A DNA stretch of 64,000 nucleotides from an uncultured Arcobacteraceae bacterium (GCA_964022095.1 CAXHZO010000002.1:32001-96000); one strand, 5' to 3'; counted from the stretch's first letter, positions 8,579-18,930 are shown. The notes: generated by a model from the letters alone, not told the origin. Translations and numbers: made by a program.

Positions 8579-11092
8579 ATGAATAAGCTACCAATAAATG
8601 ATGTCTTAGATGATATAAAAGAAACACTAAATCAAAACTCTACTTTGGTTTTACAAGCACCACCAGGGGCTGGTAAAAGTACGCTTGTTCCTATTTCATT
8701 ACTAAAAGAGACGTGGTTAGGTGATAAGATGATTATCATGCTAGAACCAAGAAGAGTAGCAGCTCGTATGGTAGCATCCCAAATGGCAAAACTACTTGGA
8801 GAAGAAGTAGGTCAAAGTGTTGGTTATCAAGTCAAAATGGAGAGTTGTTTTTCAAAAGAGACAAAACTACTAGTTGTCACTGAAGCAATATTAGTGCGTA
8901 AACTTCAAAGTGACCAAGCTTTAGAAGATGTGGCTATGATAATCTTTGATGAATTTCATGAAAGAAGTATTCATACTGATTTATCACTAGCTTTATCTTT
9001 GCAAGTTCAAGAGTTACTAAGAGATGATTTAAAACTTTTGATTATGTCAGCAACGCTAAATTCACAGCAGTTGGTAAATCTTTTGGGTGAAGTACCTGTT
9101 ATTAGCTCCAAAGGTAAGTCATATCATGTTCAAAATATATATTTAGAACCAAATATCAAACAACCTGATTTTAAAAGTATAAATGCACTTTTATATGATA
9201 CAACACTAAAAGCTCTAAAAGAAGATGAAGGGGACATATTAGTTTTTTTAGCAGGAGCAAAAGAGATTAGAACTCTTCAAAATGTATTAGAAGAGAAATT
9301 AAAAGATGAAGATATTGAAGTTCTTCCTTTGTATTCTGCTTTAAGTAAAGAAGCTCAAGATAAGGCAATAGGAACATTAACTAAAAGAAAAATAATACTC
9401 TCAACAAACATCGCTCAAACTTCACTTACAATTTCTGGTGTTAAAGTAGTGATTGACTCAGGCTTAGAAAAGCAGTCACTTTACAATTATTCAACAGCAA
9501 TGAATCATCTAAATCTAGCATTTATCTCAAATGATAGTGCTATTCAAAGAGCAGGGCGAGCAGGAAGATTAAGTAGTGGAAAGTGCTATAAACTTTGGCA
9601 TGAAAAAAAGATACTTCAAGACTCTACGAAACCAGAGATTTTAAGAAGCGATTTGAGTTCGTTTTTTTTAGAGATAGCTTTATGGGGAATAGAAGATATA
9701 AAAGAGCTAAAGTTCTTGGATTACCCTTTAAAAGAAATTGAGCAAAGCACTAAAAAGATACTTCAAGAACTAAAGATGTTAGATGATGATTTTGAAATAA
9801 CTAATCTTGGAAAAAAGTCATTATCCCTTGGTGTTCATCCTAGGTTTGCTTTTATGATATTAAAAGCAAATGAGCTTGGATTTGCATATGAAACTTGTAT
9901 TTTAGCTTCAATGTTAAGTGAAAAGGATATTTTTAAAAACAGTTTTAATGATTCTAATATCTATTCTAGGTTTATTCATCTATATGAAAAAGATTTCAAT
10001 AGTTCTTTTATAAATACTTTTCTTGCAAAAAATATCTTAAAACAAGCACAGTTTTTCTATAAAAAACTAAAAGCTATAGAAGAGGTAAAAGTATCTAAAA
10101 AAAATATAGATGAAGAGACTCTTAGTATCATTTTACTTTTTGCATATCCTGATAGACTAGCAAAGCAAAGAAGTAAAAATGATAATAAATACAAACTAAG
10201 TAATGGCAAAGGTGCAATTTTAAACAATGAAGATAGTCTATTTAATGAAGCATTTTTAATAACACCAATGCTAAATGCCCAAAATAAAGATTCATATATA
10301 AATCAAGCCCTAAAAATATCACTAAACACAATAGAAGAGTATTTTAAAGAGTATATTCAAACAAAAGAATCAATCACTTACAATAAAGAGACGAAAAAAT
10401 TTGATATAAGAGAAGTTTGTAGTTTTTATGAACTAGAACTTTACTCAAAAGCAATATCTTCTAATGGTAAGCATAATTACTCAGATTTATTTTGTGATTT
10501 GATAAAAAAAGAGGGATTAGAGCTTTTAAATTGGAGTAAAAAAGCAATTGATTTAAAACACAGGGTTATTTTTATACATGAGCATATACCAAATGAATTA
10601 TCAAGTTTTAGTGATGAAGATTTAATAAATAGTTTAGATGTTTGGTTAAAGCCATATTTGACGGATATAAAAACTATGAAAGAGCTTGAAAGCTTAGATA
10701 TTTATACTATTTTATTATCTTCAATACCTTGGGAAAATCAACAATTAGTTGATACTTTAGCTCCAAGTCATATAAAAGTACCAAGTGGTTCAAGTATCAA
10801 AATTGATTATTCAAATACACAAACACCAATACTAGCAGTGAAAATACAAGAGATGTTTGGGATGAGTGATACTCCAAAAATATTAAATGGTCAAATTCCT
10901 CTTCAAGTTCATCTTTTAAGTCCAGCTTTAAGGCCTATTCAAATAACATATGATTTAAAAAGTTTTTGGGAAAATTCATATACTGAAGTTAAAAAAGAGT
11001 TGTTTTCAAAATATAAAAAACACTATTGGCCAGATAATCCATATGAGGCAATAGCTACAAATAAAACAAAAAAGAATATAAGGTTAATATAA
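8579..11092 (+). CDS. hrpB: ATP-dependent helicase HrpB
   Basis: PPGAGKST, EPRRVAAR, DEFHER, MSAT, QRAGRAGR and C-terminal LLSPAxRP...KHYWP. Confidence 0.95.
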   Translation: MNKLPINDVLDDIKETLNQNSTLVLQAPPGAGKSTLVPISLLKETWLGDKMIIMLEPRRVAARMVASQMAKLLGEEVGQSVGYQVKMESCFSKETKLLVVTEAILVRKLQSDQALEDVAMIIFDEFHERSIHTDLSLALSLQVQELLRDDLKLLIMSATLNSQQLVNLLGEVPVISSKGKSYHVQNIYLEPNIKQPDFKSINALLYDTTLKALKEDEGDILVFLAGAKEIRTLQNVLEEKLKDEDIEVLPLYSALSKEAQDKAIGTLTKRKIILSTNIAQTSLTISGVKVVIDSGLEKQSLYNYSTAMNHLNLAFISNDSAIQRAGRAGRLSSGKCYKLWHEKKILQDSTKPEILRSDLSSFFLEIALWGIEDIKELKFLDYPLKEIEQSTKKILQELKMLDDDFEITNLGKKSLSLGVHPRFAFMILKANELGFAYETCILASMLSEKDIFKNSFNDSNIYSRFIHLYEKDFNSSFINTFLAKNILKQAQFFYKKLKAIEEVKVSKKNIDEETLSIILLFAYPDRLAKQRSKNDNKYKLSNGKGAILNNEDSLFNEAFLITPMLNAQNKDSYINQALKISLNTIEEYFKEYIQTKESITYNKETKKFDIREVCSFYELELYSKAISSNGKHNYSDLFCDLIKKEGLELLNWSKKAIDLKHRVIFIHEHIPNELSSFSDEDLINSLDVWLKPYLTDIKTMKELESLDIYTILLSSIPWENQQLVDTLAPSHIKVPSGSSIKIDYSNTQTPILAVKIQEMFGMSDTPKILNGQIPLQVHLLSPALRPIQITYDLKSFWENSYTEVKKELFSKYKKHYWPDNPYEAIATNKTKKNIRLI

Positions 11093-11094
11093 AT

Positions 11095-11955
11095 TTGTCA
11101 GAAAAAATAAAATCAATAGACACAGGCGTACTTTTTATGCTTGCAAGTGCAGTTTTAGGGGCACTAAATGGAGCAGTTGCTAAATATTTATCTTCTGATA
11201 TGGATCCTTTAGAAATAGTTTTTTACAGAAATTTAATTGGTATAGTTATTGTTGTATTCACCTTAAAAAAATTTACTGTTTCATTTGATACTTCAAGAGT
11301 TCATCTACTTTTATTAAGAGGAGTTTTTGGAGCAACTGCAATGGTTTTGTTTTTTTATACAATTGCTACAATTCCCTTAGGAGAAGCAGTTGTCTTAAAT
11401 AGAACATCACCATTTTTTGTAACAATACTTGCATACTATTTAGTAAAAGAGAGTATTAATTTAAGAACATTTTTTGCACTTATAATTGGGTTTATCGGTA
11501 TTATATTTATTATGAAACCTTTTGGTGTTGAAATATCTTTTGAACATATATTAGGTGTCTTAGGCGGTTTTTTTGCAGCATGTGCTTATGCAACAATCAA
11601 AAAAATAAAAGATATCTATGATGCAAGATTAATTATGCTTTCATTTATGAGTGTTGGTATGTTAATTCCTTTAGGATTGTATTTATTTACTTCTATTGTG
11701 GAGTTTAAAATTTATACTGATCCTTTAATTTGGGCATTAATAGGATTTATGGCTTTTATTTCAACCGCTTCTCAATGGTTTATCACAAGAGCATATAGTT
11801 TAAGTAAAGCTAGTATTATTGGAGTTGTTAGTTATACAAATATTCCTTTTTCTATAGGTTTTGGTGTGATACTGGGAGATTTATTTCCTGATATGTATAC
11901 TTTTATTGGGATTACTTTAATTGTAATTGGTGGGATAATAGTTAGTAAAAAGTAA
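11095..11955 (+). CDS. DMT/EamA family transporter
   Basis: about 10 TM segments in two EamA-like repeats. Confidence 0.85.
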   Translation: MSEKIKSIDTGVLFMLASAVLGALNGAVAKYLSSDMDPLEIVFYRNLIGIVIVVFTLKKFTVSFDTSRVHLLLLRGVFGATAMVLFFYTIATIPLGEAVVLNRTSPFFVTILAYYLVKESINLRTFFALIIGFIGIIFIMKPFGVEISFEHILGVLGGFFAACAYATIKKIKDIYDARLIMLSFMSVGMLIPLGLYLFTSIVEFKIYTDPLIWALIGFMAFISTASQWFITRAYSLSKASIIGVVSYTNIPFSIGFGVILGDLFPDMYTFIGITLIVIGGIIVSKK

Positions 11956-12035
11956 TTGAAGAATTTACTAACTATTGAATTTAGAAATATTTTCTGTTAG
12001 ACTTTGGCTTGTTAGATATTAACTAAGGAGAAAAA

Positions 12036-12347
12036 ATGATTAGAGTAAGTGTTTTATACCCAAATGGTGAAGATGTGAAGTTTGATATGGACTATTATTT
12101 AAATACTCATATCCCAATGGCAGGAGAACTAGTAGGTGATGCTTTAAAAGGTGCAAATATAGATCAAGGACTAGCAAATGGTATACCAGGTGAACCAATA
12201 GCATATGTAGTTATGACTCATCTTACATTTGAATCAGTTGAATCATTTCAAGAAGCTTTTTCACCCCATGCTGAAAAAATTATGGCAGATTTACCTAACT
12301 TTACTAATTCTAAGCCAATAATTCAAATAAGTGAAGCAAAAGTATAA
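12036..12347 (+). CDS. EthD family protein
   Basis: VSVLYP..FDMDYY..HIP and IMADLPNFT..P.IQISE. Confidence 0.85.
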   Translation: MIRVSVLYPNGEDVKFDMDYYLNTHIPMAGELVGDALKGANIDQGLANGIPGEPIAYVVMTHLTFESVESFQEAFSPHAEKIMADLPNFTNSKPIIQISEAKV

Positions 12348-12359
12348 CTAAAGTAAAAA

Positions 12360-13328
12360 ATGTCAGATTCAATTTTATATAAAAATATTGGTACTGAATT
12401 AAACTTAGGAAGCCTAAACTCAATTGAAACTATTCAAACCTTATGGAGTGGATATGGTCAGTTAGTTAGGCTAAGATTTGAAAAAAATAGTATCATTGTA
12501 AAACATATAAAGCTACCAAAAACAAGCTCTCATCCACAAGGGTGGAATACAAACTTATCACATAAAAGAAAACTAAAATCATATAAAGTAGAAGTAAACT
12601 GGTATGGAAACTTTTCAAAACAAAAAGATAAAAGATGTATTATTCCACAAGGTTTAAAAACTTTTCAAACTAAAAATGAGTGGCTTATAGTTATGGAAGA
12701 TTTGGCAACTCTTGGCTTTAACACAACTACTCTTGAAGCTTCAAAACAGCAAATTATATCTGCTCTTACATGGCTAGCAAATTTTCATGCTAAATACTTA
12801 AATACAAAAAGTGAAGTAGTTTGGGAAATAGGAACTTATTGGCATTTGGATACTAGACCTGATGAATTAGAAGTTTTAGATGATATTGAGCTTAAAAAAT
12901 ATGCAAAAAAAATTGATGAGGTACTAAATAATAGTAAATATAAAACTATAGTTCATGGTGATGCAAAGCTTGCAAATTTTTGTTTTACTGTTGATGGAAA
13001 ATCTTGTGCAGCAGTTGATTTTCAATATGTAGGGCATGGATGTGCTATGAAAGATGTTGTATATTTTATGAGTAGTGCAATACCACCACAAGATTGTGAA
13101 AAAATGCAACCGTGGCTTTTAGATACTTATTTTAAAGCCTTAAATGAAGCTATTAAATACTATAAACCCAATATAAATACAACAGATTTAGAAGATGAAT
13201 ACAGAGCGTTATTTGAGATTTCTTGGGCAGATTTTCAAAGATTTGTTAAAGGCTGGAATCCTAATCATTTTAAAATTAATTCATATACAGAAAATTTGAC
13301 AAAAAAAGCAATAAAACTTTTAAGCTAA
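12360..13328 (+). CDS. EcKinase/DUF1679-like phosphotransferase
   Basis: LWSGYG, SYxVE, MEDL, HGDAKLANF and VDFQYVG. Confidence 0.8.
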   Translation: MSDSILYKNIGTELNLGSLNSIETIQTLWSGYGQLVRLRFEKNSIIVKHIKLPKTSSHPQGWNTNLSHKRKLKSYKVEVNWYGNFSKQKDKRCIIPQGLKTFQTKNEWLIVMEDLATLGFNTTTLEASKQQIISALTWLANFHAKYLNTKSEVVWEIGTYWHLDTRPDELEVLDDIELKKYAKKIDEVLNNSKYKTIVHGDAKLANFCFTVDGKSCAAVDFQYVGHGCAMKDVVYFMSSAIPPQDCEKMQPWLLDTYFKALNEAIKYYKPNINTTDLEDEYRALFEISWADFQRFVKGWNPNHFKINSYTENLTKKAIKLLS

Positions 13329-13364
13329 TTTTTTATGTTAAAATCCAAATAAAAAAGAATAAAA

Positions 13365-13931
13365 ATGTTTAAAACCAATGACTATTGGGAAGAAGAATTC
13401 CAAGACTTAGAAGAAAAAGATTTAGATGGTATTTATTTTGATAATTGTACTTTTATTAAGTGTGATTTCTCAAAAAGTATTATTAGTTCTTGTAAATTTA
13501 CTGAGTGTATTTTTATAAATTGTGATTTATCTTTATGTAGTTTAAAATCATCAACATTTAATGATGTTACATTTAAAAACTCAAAGATTATTGGAGTTTC
13601 TTGGAGTAACTGTCTTGAGCCTTTTGATGTTAGTTTTGAGAATTGTAATATTTCACAAAACTCTTTTCACTTACTTGATTTAAGACAAATGAGATTTATA
13701 GATTCTTTAATAAAAGATTGTGGCTTTGAACAGTGTAATTTAGAAAAGGCATTATTTGATAATTGTGATTTAGAATTAACTACATTTGTAAATAATAACC
13801 TAAAAAAGGCTAATTTTGAGACTTCTAAAAACTATTTAATTGATCCTAAATATAATGACCTAGAAAAAGCTCAATTTAGTTTACCAGAAGCTTTAAGTTT
13901 TTTAAGTTTATTACCTATAAAAATAAAATAA
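13365..13931 (+). CDS. pentapeptide repeat protein
   Basis: tandem 5-residue repeats (CTFIK CDFSK ... CKFTE CIFIN CDLSL). Confidence 0.9.
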   Translation: MFKTNDYWEEEFQDLEEKDLDGIYFDNCTFIKCDFSKSIISSCKFTECIFINCDLSLCSLKSSTFNDVTFKNSKIIGVSWSNCLEPFDVSFENCNISQNSFHLLDLRQMRFIDSLIKDCGFEQCNLEKALFDNCDLELTTFVNNNLKKANFETSKNYLIDPKYNDLEKAQFSLPEALSFLSLLPIKIK

Positions 13932-13937
13932 AGTTTT

Positions 13938-14327
13938 TTAGTTTTTTTTGAAAAATACTTTATAGTTTTTATAACAGTTTATGATTTCTAAAATCAAAAC
14001 AGCCAAAATACCCATAATCCAGTATAAAAGCCATTGACTTATCATTCCAATAAAACCATCTTCTGAAATATAATCCACTACTTGAAATATAAGAAAAATA
14101 GTTATTGTAGATTTTAAAGATAAATTATTTTTGTTAAAATCTATTAGTTGATAATCTTTTAATTTGATTTTGAAATATACAAATATTAGACTCAATGGAA
14201 TTAAAGCTAGTAAAAAAAGATACTCTTGTTTTATCATCTCAATTGTTTTTGCTTGACCAAATACATATAAGTAAACACTAAGTATGCCTATAAATGTGAA
14301 AAGAAAAATATATTGTGTTTTAATCAA
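13938..14327 (-). CDS. hypothetical membrane protein
   Basis: 4 hydrophobic segments; AGGA RBS before a TTG start. Confidence 0.65.
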   Translation of the reverse strand: MIKTQYIFLFTFIGILSVYLYVFGQAKTIEMIKQEYLFLLALIPLSLIFVYFKIKLKDYQLIDFNKNNLSLKSTITIFLIFQVVDYISEDGFIGMISQWLLYWIMGILAVLILEIINCYKNYKVFFKKN

Positions 14328-14463
14328 ATTTAAGTCCTATTTTAAAGGGAATTCTAACAGATATATTCTTAATGATTTAAAACTTCCCAATTTAACCCTT
14401 ATGTAAAAGTGTATGTGCTAATATTTCAATCGATTTTGACAATTATTTTTTATAGGGACAACA

Positions 14464-15756
14464 ATGAGATTTTTATTACTTCTTATACCTTTTATGATGT
14501 ATTCAGCTAATTTGAATTTTACATTATTTAAAAAAGAGGGTGAAGTTAAAGGTAATACATTACTAGTAATAGGTGGAATACATGGAAACGAACCTGGCGG
14601 ATATTTTGGTGCAGCTTTTTTAGAAAAATATTATGATATAAAAAGTGGTTCTCTTTGGCTTACTCCAAATTTAAATTTTGATAGCATAATTACCAATAAA
14701 AGAGGTATTTATGGTGATATGAATAGAAAATTTAGTGAGATTAAAAAAAGTGATAAAGATTATGAAATAGTTACAAAAGTTAAAGAGTATATCTTAAATG
14801 AAAAAGTAGATTTAGTATTAAACTTACATGATGGTTTTGGTTTTTATAGAAATAAATACGAAAATGCAATTTTTAATCCAAATGCATGGGGTCAAGCAAC
14901 TATTATAGATCAGGATAAAATTCATGGTCTTGAGAAGTTTGGTGATTTAGACAAAATTGCAAAAACTGTTAGTAAGAAGTTAAATGGCGATGATTTATAT
15001 CAAGACTATCACTCATTTGGGGTAAAGAATACAGAAACAAAATTTAAAGATGAACAACAACAATTATCTTTAACTTTTTTTGCGGTAACTCACAATAAAC
15101 CTGCATTTGCAATTGAAACAAGTAAAAATATCACTGATCTAACTCAAAAAGTAATATATCAACTAAAATCAATAGAAGAGTTTATGAATATTATGGGTAT
15201 TGAATTTGAAAGAAAATTTGATATAAATAATTATGAAGATGTTAAACAAAAAGTCTATGATTTTGAGAAGGTAGTAATAAACAATAATATAGAGTTATCA
15301 TTAAGTAATATAAATAAAACTTTGAGATATGTTCCTATGAAAAAAGATGATAATAAAATAGAATTTTCTCATGTTTTAGGTGCTTATTCTTATAAAAATG
15401 GCATTTACACTTTTCATATAGGAAATAAAAAAATATGCAATATCTATCCTCAATATTTCAAATTAGGGAAAAGTGAAAATCCTATAAAAATTGAAATTGA
15501 CGATAAAGTACAAGATGTAAAATTTGGATCACAAATAAATATTAAAGATCACTTTAAAATACTAAAAGACGGGTATAGAGTAAATATTATTGGATTTAGT
15601 AAAAGTGGGGTAGATAGTGAAGATGGTATCTTAATTCATAAAGATGATATTTTAAATAGATATTCAATTGATAAAGGTAATAAACAATATAGAGCAGAGT
15701 TTTATAAAGATGGTGATTTTTATGGGATGATTGTTCTTAATTTTGAGGATAAATAA
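14464..15756 (+). CDS. M99 (Csd4/Pgp1-like) peptidoglycan DL-carboxypeptidase
   Basis: signal peptide; GGIHGNEPGG, GDMNRKF, LNLHDG, WGQ..IIDQ and AIETSK. Confidence 0.85.
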   Translation: MRFLLLLIPFMMYSANLNFTLFKKEGEVKGNTLLVIGGIHGNEPGGYFGAAFLEKYYDIKSGSLWLTPNLNFDSIITNKRGIYGDMNRKFSEIKKSDKDYEIVTKVKEYILNEKVDLVLNLHDGFGFYRNKYENAIFNPNAWGQATIIDQDKIHGLEKFGDLDKIAKTVSKKLNGDDLYQDYHSFGVKNTETKFKDEQQQLSLTFFAVTHNKPAFAIETSKNITDLTQKVIYQLKSIEEFMNIMGIEFERKFDINNYEDVKQKVYDFEKVVINNNIELSLSNINKTLRYVPMKKDDNKIEFSHVLGAYSYKNGIYTFHIGNKKICNIYPQYFKLGKSENPIKIEIDDKVQDVKFGSQINIKDHFKILKDGYRVNIIGFSKSGVDSEDGILIHKDDILNRYSIDKGNKQYRAEFYKDGDFYGMIVLNFEDK

Positions 15757-15758
15757 TT

Positions 15759-16463
15759 TTGAAAAAAGAGAAAATATATTTAATTCCTGGTTTCATGACA
15801 GATGAGAGACTATGGAGTCGAATTAAACCAATACTAGAACACAAATATGAATTAGTGCATATTCCTATCCCAAATACTGAAGATTTTGATGAGATGAATC
15901 AATGTATATTAGATGTAATAAAAGATGAGAAAATAAATATTTTAGGTTTTTCTTTAGGTGGTTATATTGCTTCTTATTTTAGTTTAAAATATCCCCATAA
16001 AGTAAATAAACTTTTCGTAGTTGCTGTTACTCCAAGTGCAACAAATAAAGAAGATGAACTTAGAAGAAAAGAAAAACTAGAAATCATAAAAAAAGATGGT
16101 TTCAAACCTTTAGGTTTTGAAAAGGCAAAATCATTAGTTGAGCCTAAAAATAAAGAAGATAATGAACTAATTCAAATAATTGAAGATATGTATAATGATT
16201 TTGGGATGGATGCTTTTATTACTCAAATGAATAGCACTTTTAATAGATTAGATCTATTTGAAGATTTAGATAAGTTAGATATTCCTGTTTGGTTTTTTGT
16301 AAGTTTAAATGATAGACTTTTAAATAAAGATTCATTAACAAAATTATTAACTAAACCAAAAAGATTAAATGTCATATCAAGAGAGGGAACAAGTCATAAT
16401 ATCCCTTTAGAAGAGCCACTTAAACTTTCAGAATATATCAAAAACTGGATGCAAGAAAGCTAA
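15759..16463 (+). CDS. alpha/beta fold hydrolase
   Basis: IPGFMTDERLWS, GFSLG, SHNIPLE. Confidence 0.85.
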   Translation: MKKEKIYLIPGFMTDERLWSRIKPILEHKYELVHIPIPNTEDFDEMNQCILDVIKDEKINILGFSLGGYIASYFSLKYPHKVNKLFVVAVTPSATNKEDELRRKEKLEIIKKDGFKPLGFEKAKSLVEPKNKEDNELIQIIEDMYNDFGMDAFITQMNSTFNRLDLFEDLDKLDIPVWFFVSLNDRLLNKDSLTKLLTKPKRLNVISREGTSHNIPLEEPLKLSEYIKNWMQES

Positions 16464-16529
16464 TATTTTTTTTGATATATTTAAGCTATTTTTTTTGGAT
16501 ACACTTTTAAAAAAATTCAAAGAGTTTAA

Positions 16530-17522
16530 ATGTTTAAAATATTTTTATTTACAATCCTTTTAATAAGTTTATCTTTTGGACATGGAATGTCTGATGCAGA
16601 AAAGCAAATCATTGTTGATGGTGGAAATTTACACTATATTTATATTGGTGCAGTTCATATGCTGTGGGGATTTGATCACCTTTTATTTGTATTGGGAATA
16701 ATATTCTTTTTACAAACTTTTAAAGATATAGTTAAATATATTACTGCTTTTACAATAGGCCATTCAATAACATTAATTCTTGCTACTTTTAATGCAATTG
16801 CAATTAATTATTACATCATAGATGCAATAATAGCTTTAAGTGTGTGTTTAATTGGAGTTATAAATTTAGGTTTATTAAAAAAGTATGTAGATTTTACTTC
16901 AAATAAGATGCTTACTTTAATATTTGGCTTAGGCCTTATTCATGGTTTAGGATTATCTACACGACTGCAACAACTACCTTTAAATCAAGATAATTTACTA
17001 CTTAATATTATCTCATTTAATATTGGTATTGAACTTGGCCAAATTGCTGCATTGGCAGTAATGTTAATATTAATTAATACTCTTCGTAAATCTAAAAACT
17101 TTAAGATTGTTTCAACAATTATAAACTCTTTAATTGTAATGGCAGGAATTTATTTCTTTATATATCAAGTAGTTGAATATAAAAATAATGTAAACTCTGG
17201 GAGAGATACTATAACTATAGTTATTCCAGCAAAGGGTGAAAAAGAGTATAAATTATGGCTAGAGACTGACAATAAACTACAATACTCTTGGAGTACTAAT
17301 CCAAAAACATCTATATATTTTGATTTTCATGGGGAACCAGCTGCTGATACAACGGGCTATTTTAAAAGCTATAAAGAGTCTACAAAAAGTGAAGATAAAG
17401 GAGAGTTAGTTGCTTCTTTTATAGGGACACATGGTTGGTATTGGAAAAATGAAAGTTCAAATAATATCACGATAAATCTAAATATAAATGGAACTTATAA
17501 GCGAATGGATAACTATAAATAG
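16530..17522 (+). CDS. HupE/UreJ family protein fused to a C-terminal soluble His/aromatic-rich domain
   Basis: signal peptide followed by HG; H..G.DHL, FTIGHS, GLIHG and FNIG.E.GQ; tail with FDFHGEP and GTHGWYW. Confidence 0.8.
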   Translation: MFKIFLFTILLISLSFGHGMSDAEKQIIVDGGNLHYIYIGAVHMLWGFDHLLFVLGIIFFLQTFKDIVKYITAFTIGHSITLILATFNAIAINYYIIDAIIALSVCLIGVINLGLLKKYVDFTSNKMLTLIFGLGLIHGLGLSTRLQQLPLNQDNLLLNIISFNIGIELGQIAALAVMLILINTLRKSKNFKIVSTIINSLIVMAGIYFFIYQVVEYKNNVNSGRDTITIVIPAKGEKEYKLWLETDNKLQYSWSTNPKTSIYFDFHGEPAADTTGYFKSYKESTKSEDKGELVASFIGTHGWYWKNESSNNITINLNINGTYKRMDNYK

Positions 17523-17733
17523 GCCTTATAAATGAATAGATATTCATTAGAAAAACTTATAAAAATAGAGATAAAATACTATCCTCTTTTAATATTATTA
17601 AAAAAATGTAACCTTTCTTAAGTGCTTTTATATAGGGATTTTTTAATATGTTATAAATGATTTTTTTTCAATGTTTTGTTAATGCTACGTTTAATTGATA
17701 TAATCCTGAAAAATTAGTTTTAGGATTGTATTC

Positions 17734-18609
17734 GTGTTATTTAACAAAGAGTTTAAAAAAGATAACTTTACAACAAGTGATAATATAAAAATAAACTATG
17801 TATGTGGTGGTAGAGGTGAACCCTTAGTATTACTACATGGTTACCCTCAAACACATAGTATGTGGGCAGATGTTGCTAATGAATTATCAAAAGAATATTT
17901 TGTTATATGTCCAGACTTAAGAGGTTATGGTGATAGTTCTAAACCAAAAGGTTTAGATAACCACGAAAACTATTCAAAAAAAGTTATGGCAAATGATATA
18001 ATTGAATTAATAAAAGATTTAAATTTTGATGAATTTTTTATCGCAGGTCATGATAGGGGAGCTAGAGTTACACATAGAATATGTTTAGATTATCCTCACA
18101 TGGTAAAAAAAGCTTGTGTATTAGATATTGCGCCTACTTTTCATATGTTTTTAAATAGTGATATGAATTTTTCAACTGGTTATTATCATTGGTTCTTTTT
18201 AATACAAGAGGGTAATTTACCGGAAACTCTTATTGGAAATAATTCAGAATACTATTTAAAAGAGAAATTAAAAAGATGGAGTGCTCCTGGGGCAGTTTTC
18301 AAACAAGAAGCAGTTGATGAGTATGTTAGATGTTTTGATAAAGATATGATTCATGCTACTTGTGAAGATTATAGAGCTTCTGCAACAATTGATATGCAAG
18401 ATGATGCTTTTTCTAGAGATAGAAAAATTACTATGCCACTTTTAGCTTTGTGGGGTGAAAAAGGTTTTATTAATAAAAACTATAATGTAATAGATGTTTG
18501 GAAAGATTATGCAAATGATATTACGGGAAAAGCATTAGATTGCGGTCATTTTTTAGCAGAAGAGGCTTCTAGTGATGTAATCTCAGAGTTTAGAAAATTT
18601 TTTAAATAG
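17734..18609 (+). CDS. fluoroacetate/haloacetate dehalogenase-like alpha/beta hydrolase
   Basis: LLHGYPQT, GHDRGARV, LDIAPT, YHWFF, CEDYRA and CGHF. Confidence 0.85.
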   Translation: MLFNKEFKKDNFTTSDNIKINYVCGGRGEPLVLLHGYPQTHSMWADVANELSKEYFVICPDLRGYGDSSKPKGLDNHENYSKKVMANDIIELIKDLNFDEFFIAGHDRGARVTHRICLDYPHMVKKACVLDIAPTFHMFLNSDMNFSTGYYHWFFLIQEGNLPETLIGNNSEYYLKEKLKRWSAPGAVFKQEAVDEYVRCFDKDMIHATCEDYRASATIDMQDDAFSRDRKITMPLLALWGEKGFINKNYNVIDVWKDYANDITGKALDCGHFLAEEASSDVISEFRKFFK

Positions 18610-18617
18610 GGAATATT

Positions 18618-18929
18618 TTGGGGAAAAGAACAACTGACAATAAAAACAATGAAAAAATAAAAAAAGAGTTTGCAAGAGTAATAAAAAATGCTCAGATTAC
18701 TGCATTTATATTTTTTATACTTTTAACACCTACTATTGTTTTGAAAGTAAAAGAAAAAGAAGAGATCTTTGGTATGAATGAAGATATGTGGTTAAAAGCT
18801 TCTGTTGCAGGTTTTATAATATATTTAGGCTATATGATATTTTTATGGAAATGTCCAAATTGTGGGAAATATCCAGGTCGAGGTTGGTTTAGAAAAGAGT
18901 GTGACAACTGTGGGTGTGAACTAAGTTAA
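18618..18929 (+). CDS. membrane protein with C-terminal zinc ribbon
   Basis: 2 TM segments, then CPNC...CDNC. Confidence 0.7.
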   Translation: MGKRTTDNKNNEKIKKEFARVIKNAQITAFIFFILLTPTIVLKVKEKEEIFGMNEDMWLKASVAGFIIYLGYMIFLWKCPNCGKYPGRGWFRKECDNCGCELS

Positions 18930-18930
18930 A

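Noticed and set aside
4474-13931. Integron or cassette array after guaA
   Set aside because: Only one attC-like hairpin; its R boxes deviate from RYYYAAC/GTTRRRY; no intI is present and no similar sites lie between downstream genes.
13365-13931. Qnr quinolone-resistance gene
   Set aside because: Pentapeptide repeats alone do not identify Qnr; length and C-terminus fit the generic chromosomal family, and no mobile context is seen.
17532-17621. 29-aa ORF MNRYSLEK... after the HupE/UreJ fusion
   Set aside because: Weak RBS and no motif; expected by chance in AT-rich DNA.
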